From Magnetococcales bacterium (lineage in GTDB: Bacteria > Pseudomonadota > Magnetococcia > Magnetococcales > JADFWT01): a stretch of 64,000 nucleotides of DNA. The notes under the pieces were generated by a model. That model made no database searches, was not told where the DNA came from, and was given only the letters and a program-made list of their open reading frames with translations. The translations under genes were made by a program, and so were the position numbers. Shown here in pieces: positions 1 through 8,526 of the stretch. Positions within the stretch are counted from its first letter, which is position 1. Each line of letters starts with the position of its first letter. The stretch is from the NCBI GenBank assembly GCA_015233785.1, contig JADFWT010000001.1, positions 27,752 to 91,751 on the forward strand. The letters run 5' to 3'.

Positions 1-1634
1 GTCGACGCTGCGGGCTTCCAACTCCCCTGGCGGGTAGGCACCGTGGGGGATTTCGTCACGCGGGCTGGATCTGGAGCCGGTGGCAAGCTCTTCCACGAAA
101 CCGGCGGGCCGGGAGGCTGTTTAGGCATTGGTGCCACGCCGGGAACCGGAGAGATGGGGCCCGTCGTGGCCGTGGTGAGATCGGAAACCCCTTGAGGTGT
201 GGCCGCCATGGGCAGCGGTTGCCCCTTCTGCTGATCCAACGGCACAAAAATCGGCTGATTTTGGAAGCCCAGATAGGGCGCATAGGCCCGTGCATCCGGC
301 GCAACCCCACCGCTGTACTTGGGATGGTTCTGACGCATCAACACCTTAAAGACCGGATCGGCCAGGGAGAGACGCCCTTTGGCCTTCAGCAGTTGATACT
401 GGGCCAGAAGAATCCGATAACGCCCGTTGACCAACGCCTCCTGGGCGGTGAAGAGCTGGTCCTGCGCCCCCAATAGATCAATGGAGCTGCGGGTGCCGAC
501 TTGAAACTCACGATTCACCCCCTGCATCGCCTCACGGGCCGCCCGCTCAGAATAGGCCAGGGCGCTTTGGGCCGCCATGGCGCTTTGCAGATCCAACACC
601 GCCTGCTGCACCTCCCGCACCACCTGTTTGCGCAGCCGCTCCACGGTAGAGCGCTTCTCATCCCGCCCCCAAACCGCTTGCCGGACTTTTGACGCTGTAC
701 GGCCTCCTTGGTAAAGAGGTACCGACAACGAAAGCCCTACAGTGGCCGCATCACTGGGACTGGTGGAGCTGGAGGCGGTCCAGGTGCGACCAGCACTGGA
801 GCTGAGCGAGAGGGTCGGTAGATGACCCGCCTTCTGCACATCCACATTGGAGATAGCGCTCTCCAGACGCAGTTGCGCCGCATGCAGATCCGGGCGCTTT
901 AACCCCTTCTCAGGGGGCGACAGCATCACCTGTTGAATCAACCCCTTCGGTAGCGGCGGCAAGCTCAGATGAAGCGGCGGCGGGGCGCCCACCAGCTCCA
1001 GAAAGGCCGCCTCATGGATACGCACACTGTTTTCAGCATGGATCAGGGCGGCCCGTGTGGAGGCGAGTCGTGCTTCCGCCTGACGCATATCGGTTTGGGT
1101 CAACTCCCCCACTGTAAAACGGGTGCGGGTGGCGGCGGCGTGCTGCTCGGTAACCTGTAGATTTTTTCGCGCCCAATGGGCCATCTCACGGCTTTTCAGT
1201 AGATTATTAGTCTGCTGGGCCACTTGAAAAAAGACCGACTGAATGGCACTCATCAAATCTTGTTCCGCCGCCGTTGGCAACAGGTGAGAGGCGCTGAGTT
1301 TCTCGTAAACACCCATATCAAACAGCGTGTTGGAAAGTGACATCTTCACAGCTGTGGGTTGAGCGTCGCTATCTCCCCCGTCCCACTTGGAAGCCGTATA
1401 GCTGGCAGTAGAGTCCAGCGTGACGGTGGGCAGTAACCCGGCACGGGTCTGAATAATCCCCTCTTCGGCCCCTTTATAGCGTGCCCATGACTCACGCACC
1501 TGCTCATTATGGTTGAGAGCCATGTGCAACGCGCTAAAAAAACCCTGGTGAGGGCCGCTCAAGGCGGGTGTCGGCCACAAAAACAGCATGGCCAATAGAC
1601 ACCAAAAACGACGCAACCATTGTGGACTCATCAT
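1..1634 (-). CDS. TolC-family outer-membrane efflux / type I secretion protein (C-terminal end runs off the window)
   Basis: Manual minus-strand translation from ATGATG at 1634 stays open to position 1. It is absent from the ORF track because no stop lies in the window. The N-terminus is signal-like (MMSPQWLRRFWCLLAMLFLWPTPALS). Typical outer-membrane-efflux repeats follow (ALHMALNHNEQVRESWARYKGAEEGIIQTRAGLLPTVTLDSTASY ... GTRSSIDLLGAQDQLFTAQEALVNGRYRILLAQYQLLKAKGRL). The gene is divergent from an ABC/HlyD pair. Confidence 0.8.
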   Translation of the reverse strand, partial: MMSPQWLRRFWCLLAMLFLWPTPALSGPHQGFFSALHMALNHNEQVRESWARYKGAEEGIIQTRAGLLPTVTLDSTASYTASKWDGGDSDAQPTAVKMSLSNTLFDMGVYEKLSASHLLPTAAEQDLMSAIQSVFFQVAQQTNNLLKSREMAHWARKNLQVTEQHAAATRTRFTVGELTQTDMRQAEARLASTRAALIHAENSVRIHEAAFLELVGAPPPLHLSLPPLPKGLIQQVMLSPPEKGLKRPDLHAAQLRLESAISNVDVQKAGHLPTLSLSSSAGRTWTASSSTSPSDAATVGLSLSVPLYQGGRTASKVRQAVWGRDEKRSTVERLRKQVVREVQQAVLDLQSAMAAQSALAYSERAAREAMQGVNREFQVGTRSSIDLLGAQDQLFTAQEALVNGRYRILLAQYQLLKAKGRLSLADPVFKVLMRQNHPKYSGGVAPDARAYAPYLGFQNQPIFVPLDQQKGQPLPMAATPQGVSDLTTATTGPISPVPGVAPMPKQPPGPPVSWKSLPPAPDPARVTKSPTVPTRQGSWKPAAS

Positions 1635-2079
1635 GGCTTGGACCCATGGCACCGCTGGACCGGCGCACTTCTATTATCGACTTTGTATTTCAATATGTTG
1701 AGCAAACAATACGCCTTACTCAACCCCTATACGAGGTGCTGGACCCACCTCATATATCTCTTCATATCCCTTTCTATGGAAGCAAGTTACGGGCCGATTA
1801 TGTCAAATACCACCCCCGGCCCTGAACCCCCATCAAAGCATCGCGTTCCACTACTATAATGAGGATAAACATCTAATATAACGATGCCAATTAACCCACG
1901 ATTGTTCGTATAGCGCCCTTATCCACATCATATATTCGAAGATATATGGCTGCTTTTCGAATATCAGCAACAATTCGATTCATAAGATCGATCAATCAAC
2001 CGATAAAGTTGGATAACGCCGTGGATTCTTCGAACCATAGTGAGCGTATAACACCAACGGAGAGCGAGTCTTAACGGAT

Positions 2080-4503
2080 ATGCAATCGGGTCTCAAATGT
2101 TTGGCGCTGGTGGGTCGCCACCACGGCCTTGAGATTGGTGTCGAACGGCTTCGCCATGACTACCGCGTGGGGGAGTCCGACGAACCGGACCAGACGCTGA
2201 TGACACGCATGGCCAGTGAGCATGGCCTGAAGGCGCGTCTTGTGACGTTTACCTGGCCAAAGATCCAGACCTTGGGCAAGGCCTTTCCGGTGGTGGCCCC
2301 GCTCAACAACGGCCACTATGTGATTCTTACCGGCTTCAAGAGCGCCCCTGCCGACGGTCAGGGGGAACCCACCGTCATGGTGCTGAATCCCATGCATCCC
2401 GACCAGGGCGTACAGCAGGTGGGGCAGCACGCGTTCAGTAAGCTCTGGAGTGGTGCGCTTCTGCTTTTGAAGCGGGCCTATGAACTGACCGATCTGGAGC
2501 AGCCCTTCTCCAGCTCCTGGGTGCTGGGGGCCTATCTGCGCCAAAAGGGGCTGATGGCCATGCTGGTACTCATCGCCTTTGTGCTGAATCTGTTTGCAGT
2601 GGTTCCGGCGGTGTTTATGATCCTGGTGCTGGATAAGGTGGTCAACTATCAGGCCACCGACACCCTGTACGTGATCTCCATTGGCGTCATTATCGCCTAT
2701 ATTTTCAATGCCATACTTGGGTACCTGCGGGATTACACCATCCTGTTCACCACCAGCCGCCTGGAGGCGCGGCTCAATGTGGATGCCTTTAACCGCATGA
2801 TGAATCTCCCTCTGGAGTTTTTTCAAAAACGGGGCCTGAGCGGCGTCATCAAAACCATGCAGCAGACCTCTACCCTGCGGCAGGTGATCAGTGGTCGCTT
2901 TATCGGGGCTGCCCTGGACTCCACGGCACTGTTGATATTTGTACCGATTCTCTACTTTTACAGTCCGCTGCTATCGTTGATTGTCATCGGCTTTTCAGCG
3001 TTGATCTCCCTGAATGTAATTCTCACCGCCCGGATGCAGAAGAGCCGCTTGCGCCAAGCTATTGAGGCCGATAACCGCAAACAGTCCATCATGATGAACT
3101 CGGTGAGCGGCATCGAAACCATCAAGTCCCTGGCCATTGAACCGGAGCAAAAAAGAAGCTGGGAAGAGGCGGTATTTCAACACATCAGCGCCAACTTTCA
3201 ACTGGGCAAGATCAACGCCCTCTCCAGCCAGATCGGTTCGGCGCTCCAGTCGCTGATGACCGTGGCCGTGATCGTGGTGGGCGTTAACCTGGTCTTTGCC
3301 GGAGAGCTGAGCGCCGGCGTTATTATCGGCATCTCCATGCTGGCGGGTCGGGTCACCGGGCCGCTGGTGCAGTTGGTGACGCTGGAGACCGACCTGGAGA
3401 AGACCAACACCGCCATCCAATCACTGGGCTCCATCCTAAACACCAAAGGAGAGACCGGTCAGGGTCGGCTGACGGTGGAGTTTCTCGGCGGCGTACAGTT
3501 TCGCAACGTCACCCTGGCCTACCCGGATGGCACCATCGCTCTGGACAACCTCAGCTTCACTCTGAAACCGCGCCAGCACGTGGCCATTGTCGGGCGACAA
3601 GGGGCCGGAAAAACCAGCATCGCCCGCCTGCTGCAAAAGATGCTTCAAGTGCAGTCCGGCTCGGTCAATATTGATGCCCAGGATGTGCGCACCATGGATC
3701 CGAACAAGCTGCGCTACAACGTGGCCATGGTGAATGAAAGCACCATTTTGTTTGATGAAACCATCCGGGAGAACATCATCAAGCCTTTCCCGGAGGCGGA
3801 CATGGCCCGCGTAGAGTGGGCCGCCAAAACGGTGGGATTGCATGATGATGTGCTGGCCATGCCGCTCTGTTATGAGACGGTTCTAGTGGATGGCGGGGCC
3901 AATCTGCCGGAGGTGCAACGTAAAAAAATCGCCTTGGCCCGCGCCCTGATTCGCAACCCGAAAATTCTCATTCTGGATGAAATTTTCTCACGACTGGATG
4001 TGGATGGCGGTCTGGCGTTGAAGGCACGCCTTGAGAAGATCGGCAGTGGGCGCACATTGATTCTGCTCTCGGCCCACGTAGCACCCATTCTTAATACGCC
4101 GTTGATCATGGTGATGGAGAAGGGGCGCATCACCGAGTGGGGCAACCATGGGCAGTTGATGCAGCGTGGGCGACTCTACGCCGATCTCTACCATAAGGAG
4201 AGTATGCTCTGGGGTGGCATGCCAGCCACACAACCGGCCCAAAAACAGCGCAACAGGACTCAGCAACCGGCCCAGCCGCCACAGCAGGCCACAGCTCAAC
4301 CCCCTTCTGCCCCAAGCCGGAAGCGTGCGGCCCAACTTCAAACCGCAGAGGGCAACACCCAAGAGAAGAAGACCCAAGAGAAAGTGACCCAACAGAATCG
4401 ACTACAACAGGCCCTGAAGCATCTCCAGACCAAGCAGACGCCCAGTCAGGCCAGCCCGCCGCCGCCTCCAGGACGCCAGGAGCTCCAGCATGGCGACGCC
4501 TGA
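2080..4503 (+). CDS. Type I secretion ABC exporter (short C39-like N-terminal domain, 6-TM domain, NBD, Gln/Pro-rich tail)
   Basis: 807-aa ORF with an in-frame TGA at 2041-2043 upstream. The N-terminus resembles a C39 peptidase-like domain (QSGLKCLALVGRHHGLE ... NGHYVILTGF). Hydrophobic TM segments follow. NBD motifs are Walker A GRQGAGKTS, signature-like LPEVQRKKIALARAL, Walker B ILILDE and an H-loop LLSAH. The stop overlaps the next gene by 14 nt. Confidence 0.85.
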   Translation: MQSGLKCLALVGRHHGLEIGVERLRHDYRVGESDEPDQTLMTRMASEHGLKARLVTFTWPKIQTLGKAFPVVAPLNNGHYVILTGFKSAPADGQGEPTVMVLNPMHPDQGVQQVGQHAFSKLWSGALLLLKRAYELTDLEQPFSSSWVLGAYLRQKGLMAMLVLIAFVLNLFAVVPAVFMILVLDKVVNYQATDTLYVISIGVIIAYIFNAILGYLRDYTILFTTSRLEARLNVDAFNRMMNLPLEFFQKRGLSGVIKTMQQTSTLRQVISGRFIGAALDSTALLIFVPILYFYSPLLSLIVIGFSALISLNVILTARMQKSRLRQAIEADNRKQSIMMNSVSGIETIKSLAIEPEQKRSWEEAVFQHISANFQLGKINALSSQIGSALQSLMTVAVIVVGVNLVFAGELSAGVIIGISMLAGRVTGPLVQLVTLETDLEKTNTAIQSLGSILNTKGETGQGRLTVEFLGGVQFRNVTLAYPDGTIALDNLSFTLKPRQHVAIVGRQGAGKTSIARLLQKMLQVQSGSVNIDAQDVRTMDPNKLRYNVAMVNESTILFDETIRENIIKPFPEADMARVEWAAKTVGLHDDVLAMPLCYETVLVDGGANLPEVQRKKIALARALIRNPKILILDEIFSRLDVDGGLALKARLEKIGSGRTLILLSAHVAPILNTPLIMVMEKGRITEWGNHGQLMQRGRLYADLYHKESMLWGGMPATQPAQKQRNRTQQPAQPPQQATAQPPSAPSRKRAAQLQTAEGNTQEKKTQEKVTQQNRLQQALKHLQTKQTPSQASPPPPPGRQELQHGDA

Positions 4504-6373
4504 GACCAGACCACCTCAGACCCAAGAAGCTCAGGCCCGGCAGGCTCAGGCGTCAGCCCCCATCGTTGCCCAGCGACGATCAGCTCCCAATGCCGCCGGA
4601 CAGCCCTCACCACCCCCCCACCGAGAACATACGCTGGCCCCCGGTCAGTTTGTCTTCGAGGAGGGGGAGATCGGCGATTATGCCTATGTGCTGGTCTCCG
4701 GCTCGGTGGAGATCTGCAAGCTGGGCGGCAGCGAATACATTACCCTGAAAAAGCTGGAGCCGGGGGCGCTGTTTGGCGAAATGGCGCTTCTGGACAAGAC
4801 ACCACGCAGCGCATCGGCCCGCGTTACCACGGCCTCGGTGGTGCGCGAGATTGACGAGCAGGCTCTTAAATCTCACATCCGCCAATCCCCTGCGGTGGCT
4901 ATGGACATGATGCACCGTCTGGCCAGCTATGTTCGGGACTCCAACAAGAGCCTTGGCGGGTCACTCTTTAACGGCCGCAATGGAGATCAAAGCGCCCCCC
5001 TACCGCCCCCTTCCGACCTGGAAGAGAACAAACGGCACAAGAGCCAGGCTGAAAGAGAGCTTGAAGATCTGCTATTGGAGTTTCAATCCCCACGTGAGGC
5101 GCTGGAGAGACGACGCTACCCCATGGCACTGATCTACACCTTTGGGGCCATTCTCTTCATGATTCTCAGCTTTACCCTCTGGGCGTCGTTGTCGGTGATT
5201 GATACCACTGTCTCGGCCCGTGGACGGCTCACCACGACCGTACCCACCATTCCGGTACAGGCCACCGATCACGCCATGGTCAAGGAGATTCTGGTCCAAG
5301 AAGGGGTGCGGGTGGCCAAAGGGGAGCCGATGGTGATTCTGGACGAGACTTTTGCCGTGGCCGATCTGGCTCAGGCAGAGGTCGGCTTCCGGCAACTCAC
5401 CGCAAAAATCCAACGCCTCAGCGCCGAGATGAACCGTGAAAATTTGCAGAGCGCCGCCAACATCGACAGTGAGATTGAGCGCAAGGTGTTTCGCAATCGC
5501 TTGCAGGAGTATCACGCCCGCATTGCCGCCTTTGATCTTGATCTGGTCAATCTGGAGCAGCAGCTGACCACCAGCGAAAACAATGCCCGCCTTAACTGGG
5601 AGCAGCTCTCCATTCAGGCACAAATTGCCCAGGCGCGGCAGCAGCTCTTTGATGAGAAAGTGGGCTCTCAGCTGAATCTACTTCAGGCCCGCAACAGCTA
5701 TCTCAGCAGCCTGAAGAGTTACCACGCCCATCTGGATACCGCCCACCAACTCACCAGCCGGATGGAGAGCATCCGCGCCAATCGTATGGCCTTTATCAGC
5801 GACTGGTTCTCTCAGATTGGCCAGCAGCTCTCCGAATCGCTCAAACAGCGGGATGCTCAAAAAGAGGGACTGGTTAAACTGAATCGGCGCATGAAGAATA
5901 TTCGCATTCTGGCCCCTGCCGATGGGGTGGTGATGGCGCTGGAGAAGACTCTGTTTGTGGGGGCTATCGTCAGCAAGGGCAACACCATTCTCTCCTTGGT
6001 GCCGAGTAATGTCCCTCTTACAGCCGAGCTGGATATCGATCCCCGTGATATCGGCAATCTGATGATGGGGGCGAGTGTCTCCATCAAGCTGGACGCGTTG
6101 CCCTTCCAGAAGCATGGCGAAATGCGCGGCGAGGTCACCTTTATCTCCGAAGACACCGTGGCGGAATCCACCGATGGCACGCCGGGCACCTTCTATCGGG
6201 CCAGAGCCACCATCATAGAGAATAAACTGGAGAAGCTGCCGCCTAACTTCCGACTGGTGCCGGGCATGCTTTTTACCGGGGATATTCTGGCCGGAAGAAG
6301 GCGCTTGATCACCTACTTTATCTATCCGGTGGTGCGCACCATAAACACCAGCTTCACCGAGCCGGGGCAGTGA
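4490..6373 (+). CDS. HlyD-family type I secretion membrane fusion protein with N-terminal cyclic-nucleotide-binding domain
   Basis: 627-aa ORF. Residues ~50-165 look like a CAP/Crp-type cNMP-binding domain (FVFEEGEIGDYAYVLVSGSVEI ... FGEMALLDKTPRSASARV). A single TM follows (MALIYTFGAILFMILSFTLWASL). The remainder is a typical HlyD region (VSARGRLTT ... coiled coil ... lipoyl/beta-barrel part ending YFIYPV). Confidence 0.85.
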   Translation: MATPETRPPQTQEAQARQAQASAPIVAQRRSAPNAAGQPSPPPHREHTLAPGQFVFEEGEIGDYAYVLVSGSVEICKLGGSEYITLKKLEPGALFGEMALLDKTPRSASARVTTASVVREIDEQALKSHIRQSPAVAMDMMHRLASYVRDSNKSLGGSLFNGRNGDQSAPLPPPSDLEENKRHKSQAERELEDLLLEFQSPREALERRRYPMALIYTFGAILFMILSFTLWASLSVIDTTVSARGRLTTTVPTIPVQATDHAMVKEILVQEGVRVAKGEPMVILDETFAVADLAQAEVGFRQLTAKIQRLSAEMNRENLQSAANIDSEIERKVFRNRLQEYHARIAAFDLDLVNLEQQLTTSENNARLNWEQLSIQAQIAQARQQLFDEKVGSQLNLLQARNSYLSSLKSYHAHLDTAHQLTSRMESIRANRMAFISDWFSQIGQQLSESLKQRDAQKEGLVKLNRRMKNIRILAPADGVVMALEKTLFVGAIVSKGNTILSLVPSNVPLTAELDIDPRDIGNLMMGASVSIKLDALPFQKHGEMRGEVTFISEDTVAESTDGTPGTFYRARATIIENKLEKLPPNFRLVPGMLFTGDILAGRRRLITYFIYPVVRTINTSFTEPGQ

Positions 6374-6494
6374 TGCTTCGGTAACCAGATGGAGCCTCTT
6401 GGCTCCTGTCCCAGCGGACGACTTCCAATACCTGTCTCTCTCTCTTCTCCAGGGTTGGGGGTCGTCCGCAGGGTTCATCCAGAAGACCCCAGAC

Positions 6495-6523
6495 AAAAAA
6501 AGGCCTCACCCGAAGGCAAGACC
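6495..6523 (-). terminator. Rho-independent terminator downstream of the acidic-protein gene
   Basis: The minus-strand RNA reads GGUCUUGCC-UUCG-GGUGAGGCC. That is a 9-bp stem including G-U pairs with a UUCG tetraloop, followed by UUUUUUU. It sits 77 nt after the stop at 6600. Confidence 0.6.
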
Positions 6524-6599
6524 CTTTGATTTGAAGAGACGCCAGAATCCCCCCGCAGGCAAGACACCAGAAAGATATCGGCCATAGGCGAGACGTCTA

Positions 6600-7595
6600 T
6601 TATACCACTTCGGCATCCGCCCCCATATCTGGAGGCACACCAGCTCCTGCCATATCGGCCACATCCGGCCCGGTTGCTCCGCCGGGAGACTCCGGCATCG
6701 GCGCGGTATCGGTGGCGGTCTGATCCATGGCGTTGGTCATGGCATCGTCTCCCATATCGGGCATGGGCGGGGGAACCGTTCCAGTACCAGCTGAATCGGG
6801 GGTCTCTCCCATGGGTACATCGGTCGGGGGCGGAGCGCTGTCCGTCGTACTGGCCGTATCGGCACCGTAGCTGGGAATCATTCCAGTACCGGTTCCCGCC
6901 GTGTCAGCTGGCATGTAGCCATCTTCACCCGCTCCTCCCTCTGCTCCCGGTACCGGCGGGACATAGCCGCCGTCAGTGGGATCGTTGGGTTCGCCGCCGT
7001 AGGGACCGGTAGGGGGCGCGCCACCAGCGCCATCCTGTTGAGGAAGATAGTCGTCATTGGGATCGTCGCCAAACGTGCCCGTGGGAGGCGTCATGCCACC
7101 CGGTCCATAACCACCCCCTCCTCCACCATCCCCATCTTGTTGGGGAGGATAATCACCGTTTGGGCCATCACCAAAAGTGCCCGGAGGCGGCACGGTTCCG
7201 CCATAGGGCTCGGCGGCTTCACCTTCTTCATGGTGGCCGTGGTGGCCGTGGTCACCACCATCGTCGTCGTGGTCATCATCATCATCATCATCGTGGGGAG
7301 GAGGCTGATGACCATAACTGGCTGGATCCACATAGCCATCCACCATACCGGCCGAGTCCGCATAGCCAGTCGTACCGGCCGCTGGATCCACATAATCGGC
7401 CTCCATATCGGTAGCGGAGACGGGACTATTTGCAGCCTCACCGTAACTGTTGGGATCTACATAACCGGTGGGTCCTGTATCCGCCGCATCGGTGGGCATC
7501 GGGGCCATATTGCTATCCGTGCCTGGAACCGGGGCAGCTGCGGGATTGGTGGTTGCGGTGTCGGTGGCTGTCGCTGCCGTCGTGTCTTCTGCCAT
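6600..7595 (-). CDS. Hyper-acidic low-complexity (Asp/Gly/Pro/Thr/Tyr-rich) protein with poly-Asp/His tract; function unknown
   Basis: 331-aa ORF, the longest frame in this low-complexity region. A GGGAGG Shine-Dalgarno lies 8 nt upstream of the ATG. Internal repeats include GYVDP x3 and GTFGD(G/D)PN(G/D)DY(P/L)PQQDG x2. There is a DDDDDDDHDDDGGDHGHHGHH tract. Confidence 0.7.
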   Translation of the reverse strand: MAEDTTAATATDTATTNPAAAPVPGTDSNMAPMPTDAADTGPTGYVDPNSYGEAANSPVSATDMEADYVDPAAGTTGYADSAGMVDGYVDPASYGHQPPPHDDDDDDDHDDDGGDHGHHGHHEEGEAAEPYGGTVPPPGTFGDGPNGDYPPQQDGDGGGGGGYGPGGMTPPTGTFGDDPNDDYLPQQDGAGGAPPTGPYGGEPNDPTDGGYVPPVPGAEGGAGEDGYMPADTAGTGTGMIPSYGADTASTTDSAPPPTDVPMGETPDSAGTGTVPPPMPDMGDDAMTNAMDQTATDTAPMPESPGGATGPDVADMAGAGVPPDMGADAEVV

Positions 7596-7920
7596 GAGAA
7601 AGGCCTCCCACAGATCGAATAGGATAGAGTATGTTTATGAAATCAGATTCTTTCGTTGGCCGACACTCTTCTTGGGGAGTCCGTTCCAGCGGGTGCTGCG
7701 GTCATTCGTGAACGAATAAATGAGTGATACAGTTCGCATCACACCCCATTCACCAAACAATTGGACCAAATTGAGATTAATTAATCAATACAAATCGTTC
7801 ATCCCACAAGATTAAATACCCGATCCATATAACAGACAGATCGTTTTCCAACATCGGATATATCAATAACCGATAAGTGGTCAAACAACCTTCATCAGAT
7901 GATGGGGAATCATCTCTCGG

Positions 7921-7944
7921 GAAAAGCTGGCCAGGAAGGCCAGC
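7921..7944 (-). terminator. Candidate Rho-independent terminator after the hemerythrin-rhodanese pair
   Basis: The minus-strand RNA reads GCUGGCC-UUCCU-GGCCAGC followed by UUUUC. It sits about 67 nt downstream of the rhodanese stop. Confidence 0.45.
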
Positions 7945-8010
7945 CAAAATGTCAAAAAAAGCACCGCACGATCTCTTAACGCGTGCATTGAAGCATCAAG
8001 GGGACTTCAT

Positions 8011-8478
8011 TCAGCCGGTGGCGACCTGAGGTAGATCCTCCGGGGTCTCCAACGGATACGCCTGACGTTGCCACTCCACCACACCGCCAATCAGTTCGCA
8101 CGCCTGCAAGCCCCCATCCAGAAAGTGATCCAACGCTATGGCCGTACGCGGCCCTGAACGACAGATCAGTACGTAGCGCACCTCCGGGTCAAAGAGCGAA
8201 GGATCGAACTTGGCCAAAAAATCCTTGGAAAAAGCGCCGGTATCCTGCCGGTTGGCCAGATTATGCTCGCAAGGAAAACAGAGACTGGATGGAATCAACC
8301 CCTCTTGCTGCTCCACCTCGGTGCGCAGGTCCAGCGGCGTCATCTGGGTGAGACCGGCATCCATTAGCTGCTTGAGCTGCTTGACGGAGATCATCTCGTT
8401 GAAAAGAACCTTCTCCATGATCTCTTCAGGATTCTCTTGGGGCTGATTATCCATCATCAATACGCCATCTTTTTTCAA
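8011..8478 (-). CDS. Rhodanese-domain sulfurtransferase-like protein
   Basis: 155-aa ORF. It has a rhodanese active-site loop CRSGPR (VLICRSGPRTAIALDHF) and a C-terminal GGVVEWQRQAYP. The start codon is uncertain because several in-frame Met codons exist. Confidence 0.75.
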   Translation of the reverse strand: MKKDGVLMMDNQPQENPEEIMEKVLFNEMISVKQLKQLMDAGLTQMTPLDLRTEVEQQEGLIPSSLCFPCEHNLANRQDTGAFSKDFLAKFDPSLFDPEVRYVLICRSGPRTAIALDHFLDGGLQACELIGGVVEWQRQAYPLETPEDLPQVATG

Positions 8479-8526
8479 GTTGGGTTAAATCAACATCCAC
8501 CTGCAAACCGTGAAAATACGGATAGG

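Noticed and set aside
1568-1859. Plus-strand ORFs 1568-1825 and 1620-1859 upstream of the ABC gene.
   Set aside because: They overlap the TolC start region on the opposite strand or lie in the AT-rich divergent promoter region. They have no motifs or ribosome-binding sites.
6674-7622. Several plus-strand ORFs (6674-7012, 7038-7622, 7160-7414, 7468-7719) and alternative minus frames across the acidic-protein gene.
   Set aside because: These are artefacts of the repetitive GAT/GGT/CCA-rich sequence. Only the 6600-7595 minus frame is full length, has a strong Shine-Dalgarno sequence and is followed by a good terminator.
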